DNA of 61,736 nt, filler included, from Sluysia triapertura (taxonomy: Eukaryota): NCBI GenBank assembly GCA_046118255.1. It is 5 parts of 5 records of this genome, joined end to end, with 100 filler letters (N's around TTAATTAATTAA, not from the genome) between each part and the next. Parts side by side here need not be neighbours in the genome. Positions count along the whole stretch, not along the records: positions 11,298 to 22,552 come from JBJNIA010186736.1; positions 22,653 to 35,465 come from JBJNIA010080596.1; 3 more parts are not named here. One strand, 5' to 3'. Below, piece by piece: positions 13,198 to 25,777 of the stretch. Below the pieces are notes generated by a model. The model was not told where the DNA came from. It made no database searches and saw nothing but the letters and a program-made list of their open reading frames with translations. Position 1 is the stretch's first letter. Every line of letters begins with the position of its first letter. The position numbers were made by a program, and so were the translations under genes.

Positions 13198-13988
13198 ATG
13201 AATGGAAACCATGAGGAAGCTTCAATGACTTCCGCAGTTATAATGGCATATGCAAAGCCTTCAGATGATTTAAGAAAATTAGACGAATTAATAAATGATG
13301 ACAATGATGTTGATTTAGATAGAACCCCACGTTCATTATTAAGAGAATTAATGGAAGATAATTATAATGAAAGTAAAATTATAATGATGATTACATTGAA
13401 GATAAACCTGATTAAATGGTAGATTTAAACAAAAATCCATATATAGAAACTGAAGATAAGGAAACAAACACTTTTAAAAGAAGGCCAGGTAGACTTAGGA
13501 AAAATAAAGATAACGATGATGAAACAATAATCCGAACCCCAATACGCAGAAAACCCATTGACTTAACAAAAATTACTTATAAGAATGTAGAAGAAACTTT
13601 AAGTACTAAGAATATAATATATACTATCTAATAAGTTTTCTAACTGTGATAAATATAAGATACTATTACTAGAATTAAAAGAATATAAAACGCATTATCT
13701 AAGATAATTAAAATAATTGAGGAAAAATATAAGAATATGGATATAAGTGATTTCATAGACAATGGTCAATATAAATATATAATTAACAAACAAATTAACT
13801 CAGAAATTAACAAGGAAAGACTTAAAATAATAATGGCTTACATAATAATTCAATGTAATAAAGCTGCACTCTTAACCAAAGAAAAGATAGATAAAGTTAT
13901 AAACTTTGTCTTTAAGAAATTAAGTACCTTAATTGAAAAACAAGGTGGATGGAAAAATATTATTAAAGAAAAAGAAAAAATACTTTAA
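13198..13988 (+). pseudogene. Frameshifted ORF ending in a Bcl-2-like domain
   Basis: An acidic/basic N-terminal part (ORFs 13198-13422 and 13416-13631) precedes KIIEEKYKNMD (BH3-helix-like), EINKERLKIIMAY (BH1-like, cf. NWGRIVA) and LSTLIEKQGGWKNI (BH2-like, cf. WIxxxGGW). No C-terminal TM anchor. Confidence 0.55.
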
Positions 13989-14077
13989 ATGAACCGCTTA
14001 ACATGATATGAAAATTAATTAAATATAAAGGAAATTCAAGTGAATCATTTCCACATTTTGGAATTACAATAAATAAT

Positions 14078-14731
14078 ATGTTATTTATAATTGTTTTACT
14101 AGCATTATTTGGAATTCATAAAACCAATTCTATAAAGGCTTGTGACTGTAGCGAACCCCAAATTTGAAGAAAATATTCTTTATTGGACACTGAAGATTGT
14201 CCCGAATCAAAACAAAATAGAGTCACAATGAAAGACATGAAAGTACTAAATGTTTACTGAGAAGGAAATTTAGTTACAACATTGATTAGAGAAACAATTC
14301 TTGAATTAATTCCACCTCACCAAACAATTATGTTGAATTATTACCCTAAGTTAACCTTTCCAATTTACACATGGATACTTAATGATAATGAAACAATAAG
14401 AATAAATAATTGGTCAATCACATGACCATATAATTTAGTTATACCCATCATCAAGGAAACTATAAGTAACGAACTAAATAAGAATACTCTAATTAAGCCA
14501 TTAATAACTGAAAAAACAACTAAAATACCAAACAAATTTTCTAAAATTAGCTTAATTAATCTTAAAATCTCCAAACACAATAATGACATTAAAAGTAAAT
14601 TTAAAATCAAAATTTACCTCTGCATCATTACATTCACATTTTATGCTTTGCTTGCAGTTAGTCTTACGACTGAAGCCATAAAAATGTATTTAGGGATACC
14701 TCGTAGAATGACACATACGATTAAAGTTTAA
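14078..14731 (+). pseudogene. Viral-type envelope glycoprotein relic (chuvirus-glycoprotein-like N-terminus)
   Basis: One 217-codon frame with three internal TGA stops (14165, 14258, 14423). It has a signal peptide MLFIIVLLALFG, the motif IKACDCSEP...YSLLDTEDC, sequons NET and NWS, and a C-terminal TM segment IYLCIITFTFYALLAVSL. Confidence 0.6.
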
Positions 14732-14958
14732 GATTAAACAACATATAAAAGTTACGAGTGATCGATGTTGACAGTTAATTTCTGTACAACTGGTCACCTA
14801 ACTTTACAAAAAATATTTTTCAATATCTTTCGTAGTTTTTAGCGTGTACATAATTAGGATCATAACTATAGTATTTTAATTAACTAATTAATTAACTCTA
14901 AAATATTATTACCTTATTATATTTTATCTTCTTTTTGAAATTTCAGTAAGTGTATTTT

Positions 14959-15217
14959 CATCGATGTCCAATCTGTAAACATTCTATACATAAACATTAC
15001 CTAAAAATACATTATCAATCTTTTCCACTTTACTACTAAAGAATATATGAACTGTCCATTGTGTAGGACTCCTGTAGAAGAAATTCATATTTTTTATAAG
15101 GGTAAATTCCAACATCTATATACTTTAGAGAAAGTCCAATCATATTTACTTGATCAACGTATCGAAATTCAAGAATTAGTAATCACCCATCCACAATTTT
15201 TTAAGGAAAAAAGCTAG
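14959..15217 (+). pseudogene. RING-H2 zinc finger relic
   Basis: CPICKHSIHKHYL (CxHxxHxxC with C>Y), then after a frameshift MNCPLCRTPVEEI. Confidence 0.65.
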
Positions 15218-15518
15218 ACATTCAATAGACATACCATCTCCAAATTATCCTCCTGGATTGTCAAAATCCCAAAAACATAATAGACGTCGTCGTCAAATAA
15301 GACGTCTCTATAAAAAGGCAGATTGTATAAAAAGAGCAAAATAATTATTTATTAAGAAAAATCACACTTAAGTTTCTTTTTTACTCCTAAAATACATAAG
15401 TTATTAAAACAAGATATAATATAAAAAATTAAAAAATAAACTAACGAATTATTTTGTATATTTTTATGTACTTATTTATTCTTTTTATATGTATTGTTTT
15501 ATTTAGAATATTACAACA

Positions 15519-16500
15519 TGACACAACCACAGGCAAAGCTTGTTAATAATATATCTGCATTTTACAACGGCATAGACCGTTACTGTGGCCAGAATGATTT
15601 ACCCTTAATATTTTTAAAACCAAATGTAACCCAAAACATTCTAAAGTGTGAGATTGATGAGCCGTTCCTTGTTAGAACTGTAAAAGCTCCTTTAGTAGTA
15701 AATACTCTCCAGAGGTACCCCACCGGTAATAAATCAATTCTAATCGCCGCTGCTAAAGGAAATATAAGAATTACAATGTACATAGATTTCAATCCTTTAC
15801 AGATCTGCTTACAAAGTTTCACTTCTTTGTATGCTTCTAGTAAGTATAGAATCTACATCGACACAAACGAACGACTATCATCTTATTCTGTTCTATTTGC
15901 ACAAGAGGAAATTCAGTTAGACTTAAAGAAACGGCCGCTCTTGTATATTTCGATGTAAGCTCTATGTATAAGTGGGAAGAGTGTGTGATTTTCATCCACA
16001 CTCCTGATATTTCTTTACTCGAAAAGCCTAATTTAGTTTTCGTTGCGGCACAATTTGCTTTAGATTTTAATGATAGACACCAAATTATTAGAATTTGTCT
16101 GATGCACTATCATCAATCTTTCCAGTCAACAGAAACGATTAGGCCCAGAATTAGAATAAAAAACTTCTTAACCATACATCATGGGTTAAAAGAAGAAGAC
16201 CTAAGGAATGCTAAGGATGTCAACGATATAAAAAATTTATGGCTCGCTTCATGTACAATAAAGTTCCGGTATCTTTCTATCCATAACTGGTGATTAAGCT
16301 TTCGGAATTCCATATGGTTGGTTGCGAGGAGTGATTAATTTTAACCTGCACCAACCTCGTCTCACGTTCATCATTAAATCCGATTACCAAAGCAAGAAAA
16401 GTCCTACCATTACTCTATACTTTTTCACCAAAAACATTAACGTGTGAACAACACACTAAGGATACCATTTCCATTTTTGATATTTTGTGCAAAAAGGATG
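15519..16500 (+). pseudogene. Disrupted ORF: unknown N-terminal domain plus DEDDh (REX4/ISG20-like) 3'-5' exonuclease-like region
   Basis: ORF 15964-16293 contains IRPRIRIKNFLTIHHGLKEEDLRNAKDVNDIK, matching the xxP...I...T.ihGI..edL..a segment of DEDDh exonucleases. The catalytic ExoI residues are not clearly retained, and the frame is broken at about 15958 and 16290. Confidence 0.5.
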
Positions 16501-18808
16501 AATCATTCTTGCCACAGAAGGTTGTAATCGATAACACCACTATAATAACTCCTGATGATCATAATAAAAACTCATTCTATTTTCTTCTACCTCCTCTTCT
16601 TTTCCTTTTTGTGCACATGAACTTACATAAAAAATACATGCTGCACAGATAATAAGTGTAATATTTTTCATTTTGATAAACCTATTTTACATGAACAACA
16701 CAAGCATAACATAAAACATATAAAGAAATCATCAATCACTTCGACAATCAGCAACAACTCCAAAAAAGAAAGGCAGATCCACCAACCGCAAGGTAGTCAT
16801 CTTTTCCGAATGTAAATCTGGACGAAATAGAAACGATAAACATTAATTTGGGCCGAATAGTCAACACATCAACGTCTCCGAATATCGACCTCGACGATAC
16901 GGTCGACATTGATTTCAAACATTTGGCATCAACACTTGGTGAAGACGAATTCTTTGATTGTACTGACATCATTGATTTGACATTTTAAAAAAATTGGAGA
17001 CCAATCTTATTGGTCGAGTATGCTGTGTTATGATGTGTAATGACTATGTCTTATGACTATGACGAATGTGTGTGATGTTATAACTGATACCTTTGTACAT
17101 AAATTATTGATATCCACATGCGTATTAAAAATTATTGATTTTATGATTTTTATTTGATTTTTATTTTACGATTTTGTAATTCTTGGAATAATATATTAAA
17201 TTAATTTTAATGCAAGTAATTGTTTTTATTTGATTAATTTACAATAATTGTCTTTAATTAATAATTAGTTATCAATTAGTTAAATTATTAATTTTTAATT
17301 AAGAAATAATAATTTGTTTTTTTATATTAAATAAAATAATTTGTTTTAGTCTGACTAAAACAAGTATAAATAACAATGGAATATGTTGAGCGGTTGCACA
17401 ATATTCTTCAATATTTTACAAGGTTTTTCAAGAGCTTCCACAAGATTTTTCAAGATTTTACATACGATTTAACCAAGAGAATTCATGAAACCGTCGATGA
17501 TTCTTTTTCGACGATTCTTTTTACCCTTTACTTTAAAATCTTTTATCTACAAATCCAACGGCTGCCCCTGACTGGTAAACCCAGTACGTTGGTGGGGACT
17601 CACGTTAAAATTCTGTTTTATTCTATCGTATCTACTTTTAAATTCTCACATTATTATTTATCAGACATGATAATCTGTGGATTATTAAATTTGACTTTGA
17701 CATATCTACATTAGATTTACAGTGCAATAACGACTAATTTTAATAATATTTTAAATTTTATTGATTTTGACATCAATTTAGTATCTTTAAGACTATTAAG
17801 AAAAAAAACATGTGATGCATGTTTTCTTATTTTGAAAAAATAACATAATATTTTATCTACTTTCTATGTTGTTGTACTCTTTGTTTCCATTTGCTTAAAG
17901 TTATTTTTCTTGCTTAAAAATCATTTTTGTTTTGCTTTTCTTAATATATAATATATAATAAAATATATATAGTATAATAATATCGAATAATTCATATTTG
18001 CTATTTTATGTTGTTCGTCATTTTCCAAATAAGTTATTGTACTAGTTGATGTTACTTCTTTTTGTACTTTTATTTTATTAAACTAAGATCATTTTTGATT
18101 GGTTGAAAAATGAAAAATAATATTCTTTAACGATTTTATTAACGAAATTCTATTTTAATTAAAAAAACCAGAAAAAAATTATTTCAATAATTTTAATAAA
18201 TAGCAGTAACGAAGTAATAATAAATAAAGATATATTTTTGGAAATTATCTGGATGCATACGTACATTTTATACAATAGAATTTAATAATTGTTCATGTAA
18301 TTTATAGAAAAAGTATTTAGATTATTATTATTATTATTTACTTAGTATTAATTTGTTTTAATTTATTTCAATTACAACATTTTGAAACTAGTAATTTTGG
18401 TTTTTGTTATTTAATTTTAATTTCAAATTTTGGTGGAAAATTTTGAAAAACAATTTGTAAAGTAAAATAAAACAATTAAAATGTTGTTTTACAGAAACTG
18501 TTCATTTATTCAAGGTTGTTATAATATGACCTTGACCTAACTATGACGTCAACGTAAGTATGAATTTACAAAATTTGCATCTAGCCCTATTGTTATAACT
18601 GTTTTTAATTGTGTTTTGTTATTTACTGTAAGCTTTTATCAATTTTACTATTTTATGCGATGAATTTATGGATCTTAGAAAACAAACTATTAACATGTGA
18701 TTTTTAATCGGTACCAATTTGAATAAAACAAGACAAATATACGCAAATAATTGGTTTTTGAAAAATGTTATTAAATAATCCATAATTTTCAAGTTCGTCT
18801 CTCATAAT

Positions 18809-19100
18809 AATACTGGTGAAACAATATTAACATCTAGTGTACATGCATTTAATATCGAATAGTTTAGATAACGATGTGGGACAAAATTTGAGTTTTTTTA
18901 TCCAATAACATTGCTATTATTTTAATAATATAAAATACTGATGAAACAATATTCATATTTCGTGCACATGAATTTAATTTCGAATGAGGAAAAAATTTGC
19001 TTATCTATTATATATAAATTATCGTACAGTAAAATCACGAATATTTCAACAATATAAAATACTGGTAAAATAATATTAACACCGAGTGCACATGTGCGTA
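18809..19100. repeat. Three degenerate direct repeats at about 124-bp period
   Basis: AATACTG(G/A)T(G/A)AA..AATATT(A/C)A...GTG/TACATG-like block at 18809, 18934 and 19058. Confidence 0.65.
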
Positions 19101-20400
19101 ACAATAAATGTCAAAATAGAAAACATTGTTTTAACTTTGTTTCTGAGATTCTGAGATTATCACCATCTTCTAAATAATCTCTATACATGTCGCATATATT
19201 TATATAATAATTAAAAGAGAAAGTGGCATATTTACAAATAAGATATCTTTTAAATTGTCTTTTTTGTTTTCCGTCCTTAGTATAAAGCCACATATCACCA
19301 TGTACAAATAGTTTTTGTGCATGCAAAAAATGACAATATTATGAAATTTAATTTTAATTTTACCTAAAAGTGGAATATCTCCAAATTGATTTTTATTTAA
19401 ATTAAATTAAAATATTAATAAGAATAAATATAATAATTATTTTTATTTTATTATAATGAGCTATCAAGAAATTTTTAAAATAGTCAAATTCTTCGTATTT
19501 CAGAAATATAATGTATATGTATTAATAACGAAACAACGATAATAGAATGATAAAAGATAGCGAGAACAAAAGAAATAAAAATAAATTGAGTTGGTACACA
19601 ATTTAGAAAACATAATGTTAGTTGTCCAATCTGATTCACCGCAAAATTTTATTCACGAATCATTTCAATCGACTCCATTTTTATGACAAAGAAAATTTTT
19701 CATATTAGTTCTATTACTCGTAAGAGTAATTAACATAAAATAGACTTAACTTAAAATTTGTAAATTATTTTCAAAAACCCCGATGTAATGAGTAACAAAA
19801 TTAAAGACCTTGTTAAGTTTTTAATTATAAAATAATAAATTAACCTATATTAGTTGTCTTTAATTTTTATTCTTATTAGTGTTAATTGTTTGATTTTCCT
19901 TTTGTTAATAAAGGTTCCTTTTGTTCAGTTTTGTTTCGATTAATCGATGAAGTGAGATAAAAAAATTAAATTACTTGATAGTAATTAAGACCCTCTAACT
20001 AAAATACAAAAAGTTATAGCCGAATTTTTCATATTAATTACGTTAAGACCTTTTTATGACATAACCGGAACCTACTAAATTTTATTTTACCGTATGTTAT
20101 GAATTAAGAAAACTACAGCAAATTTTGATTATTTTTGAAGCAATATTTCTTTTTTATTTCTATTTTGTTTTAATCACACCATCACCAAGGTCATATTTTA
20201 ATACAATGTCTTACTTAATTCTTTATTAAATAAATCATAAACAAAATAAATATTTTCAACGAAAACATGCAATGTTCAACATAATTTCAATTCTTAATTA
20301 AAGCAAACATTATTGAGTTGTATTTCTTTTCCAATATCGTCTATTAAATCACTGCAATATAAAGTTTGAACCTTTTTTTCGTTTTATTCTGACATTAACA

Positions 20401-20532
20401 ACTGTTGGGATATAGGCCTAAGGTACCACTTGACTATTCTAATCTAAAAATTGTTAGATGGGGCTGATAGCTCAGTGGGTAGAAGTCCAGGGCCTGATCG
20501 CCGGTCAGTCCATTTTATGAAGTCTAACACAA
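20401..20532 (+). repeat. tRNA-derived repeat (anticodon arm deleted) with conserved upstream flank
   Basis: GGGGCTGATAGCTCAGTGGGTAGA (A box)...GATCGCCGGTCAGTCCATTTTATGAAGTCTAACAC; homologous to 56346-56515 and 60411-60469. Confidence 0.75.
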
Positions 20533-20723
20533 TATATAACCCTAGTATCTACTACAAAACGCTTAAAATAGATCATTCATCATAATAATTTTGGTTTTCT
20601 CCTATTTTATTTTTTCCACAACTTCCGTAAATTAAGCATTTACAGATTATCTTATGATTTTGAATTGTATGAGGTCTGCCTTTTAAATGAAAAATTAATT
20701 GCAACTTATAATTATTATGTTGT

Positions 20724-20763
<40 letters not shown>

Positions 20764-20774
20764 AATATAATTAC

Positions 20775-21051
20775 TTTGTTGATTTATATGATCCGACAGT
20801 GATAATGTAATACCAACAAGAATGACCGTCATAACCAATAAAAATAAACCAACTCCCATAACCAATCTGGTCATCCGTTTATTTTTCTCACTACGTTGTA
20901 GTTCCAATTGATAAGATGATCTTCTAGAATCACTGCGATATTTAGCTGCTTCTTCGGAATAAGCCAACAATGCTTCCATAGTTACCGAACCGACAACATT
21001 ATTCGATTGTATATTTGTATTTGATAATTCAATTACTTCAGCAATTGACAT
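20775..21051 (-). CDS. Probable first coding exon of a small single-pass membrane protein
   Basis: 92 clean codons from ATG with one TM helix (LVMGVGLFLLVMTVILVGITLSL). A GTAATT donor lies at 20774; the ORF-track poly-Leu tail is an intronic (TTA)n. The downstream exon was not resolved. Confidence 0.65.
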
Positions 21052-22552
21052 TTCAGTAGGATTATTTTAGTAAAAAACAATTTCTATGTAAAATTCGATA
21101 AATAATTCCAACATTCGATAAAGAAAAATAAAACTTTTCAAATGAAATTTAATTATTAAATTACTAAAACGCTAATTATTGAAAGCTCTAGAGATATATA
21201 TGTATAGTAAAATGTAAATTAACGAATTAACGAAAAATAAATTTATGATTGGATAATAAATATAATAATAATTTATACAGAATTAAAAGAGAGAAGAAAG
21301 TCATGAAAAAATATTTTACACAAAAATTAGAAAATGATTTACTTTATTATTTATTTATATTTGATTTATTTATTTATATTTAGATTTTGATTTTTCATAT
21401 AATATACATAAATAAACAAATGCGATTATTTTATTTGTTTTTATAAAATATCGAATTTCATATTGTAAATAAATTTATTATATATATACTTTTTGTATTT
21501 TTATATTTTATTTTGTTGTAAAAAATTATTAAATTATTATTATTTAAAAAATTATTATTTCTTGCTGGGCTCTTATTTCTATTTGTAAATTCTTCATTAT
21601 TCGGCCACTTTGGAGAAGGTCTTTGCTCGAATTATTTTCTTTCATTATAATTTCTTGCAAATCCTCTTGCTCTTTCTTTTCTTTGATTAAAATCATTTTT
21701 TCGAGAGGTAAAATTATTTTTTCTATAAGTATTACCTCTATAATTATTATTGTTATTATTATCTGAAACGACTTATTTCTAAACGTATCGTTACTCCTAT
21801 CTCTCTTATCATCATCACTTACATAACGTACGTTGTTTTTTGCTTCAATTTTAGATCTCTCTATTCCTCTTAATATTTTGACGATCTCTTTAAATTGTGA
21901 GAAAGATAAGTGAAGTAAATAGAATAAAACTTAACTTAAAGTAAGTTCACCAAGGTACTGGACTTACCAGTTAGGGCCTATTAGTTTCAAAAATGTGCTA
22001 ATAGGACCTCAATGCTCAATCCTACCTGGAGGTAAAATTTATTAATGTCTATTATTAAGATCCTCTAATAATTGTCAAATTTAAGTTTTCTTATCAAAAA
22101 TGTAAGTACATTTGAAGTAGATCTGGAAAACTTTGATTGTAAATAGAAATAAAATTTATTTAGTAATTTTACGTAGATTCCGTTATATGGAATCGTTATA
22201 ACAGATTTAAATTCTAGCTTCTTGAAGTAACGTGATTTTAAGTGTTAACAAATTTTAAAACTATACAATTTAATTGAGTAAGTAATTATAAATAAAAAAC
22301 TTTATTATCAAAACTTATACAAAAAATTAAAGAATTTATAAAAATTATCGATAATAATAATAAATTACAGTACTATCTTATTTAGTTAACTAATAAAATA
22401 ATTTTAAAAATATATTTTACCAAGGATCCAATATATGATCCAAATGAATTAAATGAATTTCGTGGAGTTTACTTATAATATTTTAGAAAATATCGATCTT
22501 ACTGTAATTAAACTTACGCGATTGCTAATAAAATTTTTGATTAAATTCAATA

Positions 22553-22652
22553 NNNNNNNNNNNNNNNNNNNNNNNNNNNNNNNNNNNNNNNNNNNNTTAA
22601 TTAATTAANNNNNNNNNNNNNNNNNNNNNNNNNNNNNNNNNNNNNNNNNNNN
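22553..22652. other. Artificial contig linker
   Basis: N44-TTAATTAATTAA-N44. Confidence 0.97.
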
Positions 22653-23083
22653 ATATATTTAATTAGACAAATGAAATTTTTTCGCATTATTTTATGACAA
22701 CTAATTTTCTAGCTTTACAAATATTGGTAATTCATTGATATACTATGTATTTGGAAATGGATAGTACATTACTTTCACAGTGTTCCAAGTTCGATAATAT
22801 TTTCAAATATGTTTCCTTTCTTTTTCGAAGTAAATAACGTAACATTATCGATAACAAAGTTCGATAATGGATTTATTTCCAGTATGACTAATACAGGGAT
22901 CATATTTTTGTTTACAAAATACTTATTTCTCTTTGCGAAGGTCATTTCAAGGTTATATAATTGTGAATTGTTTTTCATCAAAAAACGTTGAACAATTTAT
23001 TTTTTATACTTAAAATATTGATTCTGTCACTAATGTTTGCGTGTGTACGAATAAGTTACAGTTTCAATATTGGTTGAAATAAC

Positions 23084-23542
23084 TAGGGGGTGACCAGACG
23101 TCGCAGATTTTAGTACACTGTCCCAATTTGGCCTGGAGTAGTCAGTTATATTTTTTAGAATGTTACAATCACCAATAAAAGATAAGTTGCACATAAATAC
23201 ATTATTATATCAATAAAACAGAGCGCACACATACACTAGATATACATAGTGCGTGCGCTGTCTTGTCTGTTTCGCCTAAGCATAGCTAGCAAATACTTTG
23301 TGCATGTGCTTGCGTATGTTGTATATACTAAAAATATTAATTTGAAAAAGTCTTTGTTGCATAAATGTTATGTTTTTCTATATTCATATTATCAAATAAA
23401 TTTAAAATCTTGAATAAAAAATTAAACAAAATCACGAGAAATTATATTTTGAATCTAAATGTTATTTTTATCCTTTACTATCTATGTATATTTATGTAAC
23501 TTTGACGTCCCGGATTGGGATCGAGAAAATCTGGTCACCCTA
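23084..23542. mobile_element. hAT (Blackjack-like) MITE, 459 bp
   Basis: TIRs TAGGGGGTGACCAGA and TCTGGTCACCCTA. The 8-bp flanks GAAATAAC and GTAATAAG match at 6/8, consistent with a hAT TSD. Confidence 0.85.
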
Positions 23543-24017
23543 GTAATAAGTAACATTCAAATTAATATATTTATTAAAGTTTGCTTTTTCATATAAATAT
23601 AAACATTCTTTATGATGGCGTAATAAAATGATAATTTAATTTTTCATTCAAAAATTTTGAATCAAAACAAATTTTATTAGTATAAACAAATGTGTGGAAT
23701 TATCATCATTATTATAAATATTATCATTATAGTTATTATTATCATTATTATAAATATTATCATTATTATTATAGTTATTATTATTATTATAATAATTATC
23801 CTAAAATAAAATATCTTAAAATATTCAATGAGATTAACGTTGATTTTAATGTTATAAAAACGATTAATATATATTATAATATAATATATTTAATGATTGT
23901 ACTATGATTTCACACTTGAATGACCTTGAATGATCGACGAACATTTACAATATTAAAGAATAATTAAAACAAATTTGGATCCACATTTATGCTTGCAGTT
24001 CGTAAGAAATAATACAA

Positions 24018-24054
<37 letters not shown>

Positions 24055-25677
24055 TAGTCTAACAATAATTTTAATATTTGTGTTGTTAGATTAATGTAGA
24101 AAAGCAATTTATTGAATGTGTGTATTGATTTTCAAATATATCGTATTTGCGCTTATCAATTTCAAATTATTGTTTATTTAAATTAAACGACCAAATAGAA
24201 CTAAAATTATCTTATCAATGAATTAGAAATTTAAGATGAAGTTAAATAAATGAGATAAATAAATAAAACCCTTAAAAATTAAATTTTACAAAATGTAACA
24301 AAAAAATTTAAGCATTTTGTACTACTAAAGATAGAGGTTAAAAGTAAGTCAAAGAAATTATTGCTATAAATATTAATTTCTTGCCAACATCATCAGATAT
24401 ACAAATTGTTTGTGTACATTGTTAAACATTACAAAAAAGCGTATATTTGAGTGAGAAATATATATTAAATAAAAAGAAAATAATTCAGAATAAATTACAA
24501 AATCTGTGTTGGCATTGTTATTTTGTCGACGTCAGAATAGCAGGTAATCTGATAAATATATTATTATTGATATGAATTGATATACATATACATATATATA
24601 TATATATATTATACAATGATTAAAATGAACAATGATCATTACTTGCTTTACTTGAAACAGTAAACGATGTTAAATTTTATTGTATTCTTGATAAATATAA
24701 CATTAATAAAGAATCTACAATAATTTCCATAGATTGAAAAAACTAATAGAATAAAAACCAATAATTTCTAAAAACAATTAATTGGCTATTCTTTAATGTC
24801 CTAAATTTAAGCTAGTCAGTAAAATAGATTAACAGAGTTTGCTTACAATATACGGCTTATAAGAGGTGTACTTGTAAGTACGTGAACGTAATCAATATGC
24901 AAGGAAAGATTCAATGCAGTAAGTAAGTCGTTTTTCTAGAAAATAAGATATCAAATATCTATGAATTCCTTGTTATTCTAACTCGGTGAGTAAGAGTATC
25001 AATTTATTTTTGCGTAATAAATTATGTATTGTCTTTTAATGAGAAAACTAACAAATATTCTTAAGGTATATTAACAAAATTATATAAACAAATTAATAAC
25101 AAAATTACACAAAATATATAAAAGAAATTATTAATAAAATTACACCAATGTACCAGTAACATAATAACATAATTAATGAATTATTGTAATATAATTGTAA
25201 TTAAGGTAATAATATTAACTCGAAAAGAACTAAGCTGCAAGAGATCGGTCAGTTTAAGAATAATAATTTAAAATGAATTTATCATTGGCCTCAGGGATCA
25301 ACGAAATAATGCAGTGTTAAATGGTATTTTATAATTACAGTAATAAGACTTACTACATCATAACAATAATAATTTAAGCAAAAGGGTCGTCTGTAATCTG
25401 AACACGATTAATGATAATAAGTGTCAGATAATTATGCATTCGTGATCAGGATATGATTGAAAATTATGTTTTGCGAAAACGGTTCGCCTATAATCTTATT
25501 TTTTGACATTATTTTGACAGGCGAAAACGGTGGGCCTGTAATCTTAAAATGGTTATTCATGGAAAATATTTTGACAAAATTATCCCACTTGTGACAGGAG
25601 AAATTTTGCGCTCAAACACTAACATGTTTAGCATTGATGTTGTGTCTGTTAATTTTTTGTATGTTGAAAAAAAGTAA

Positions 25678-25777
25678 NNNNNNNNNNNNNNNNNNNNNNN
25701 NNNNNNNNNNNNNNNNNNNNNNNNNNNNNNNNNNNNNNNNNNNNNNNNNNNNNNNNNNNNNNNNNNNNNNNNNNNNN
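25678..25777. other. Scaffold gap (N100)
   Basis: 100 Ns without the linker core. Confidence 0.97.

Noticed and set aside
14078-14731. TGA recoding (Trp/Sec) because all three internal stops are TGA
   Set aside because: The frame also uses TGG, neighbouring ORFs carry frameshifts, and TGA arises easily from CGA, TGG or GGA. Decay is the simpler explanation.
21560-21900. gag-like Arg/Asn-rich region on the minus strand
   Set aside because: No CCHC knuckle or other diagnostic motif.
23692-23907. Tyr/His-rich and other low-complexity short ORFs (also 37373, 51106, 59897, 60405)
   Set aside because: These are translations of microsatellites or T-rich UTR sequence.
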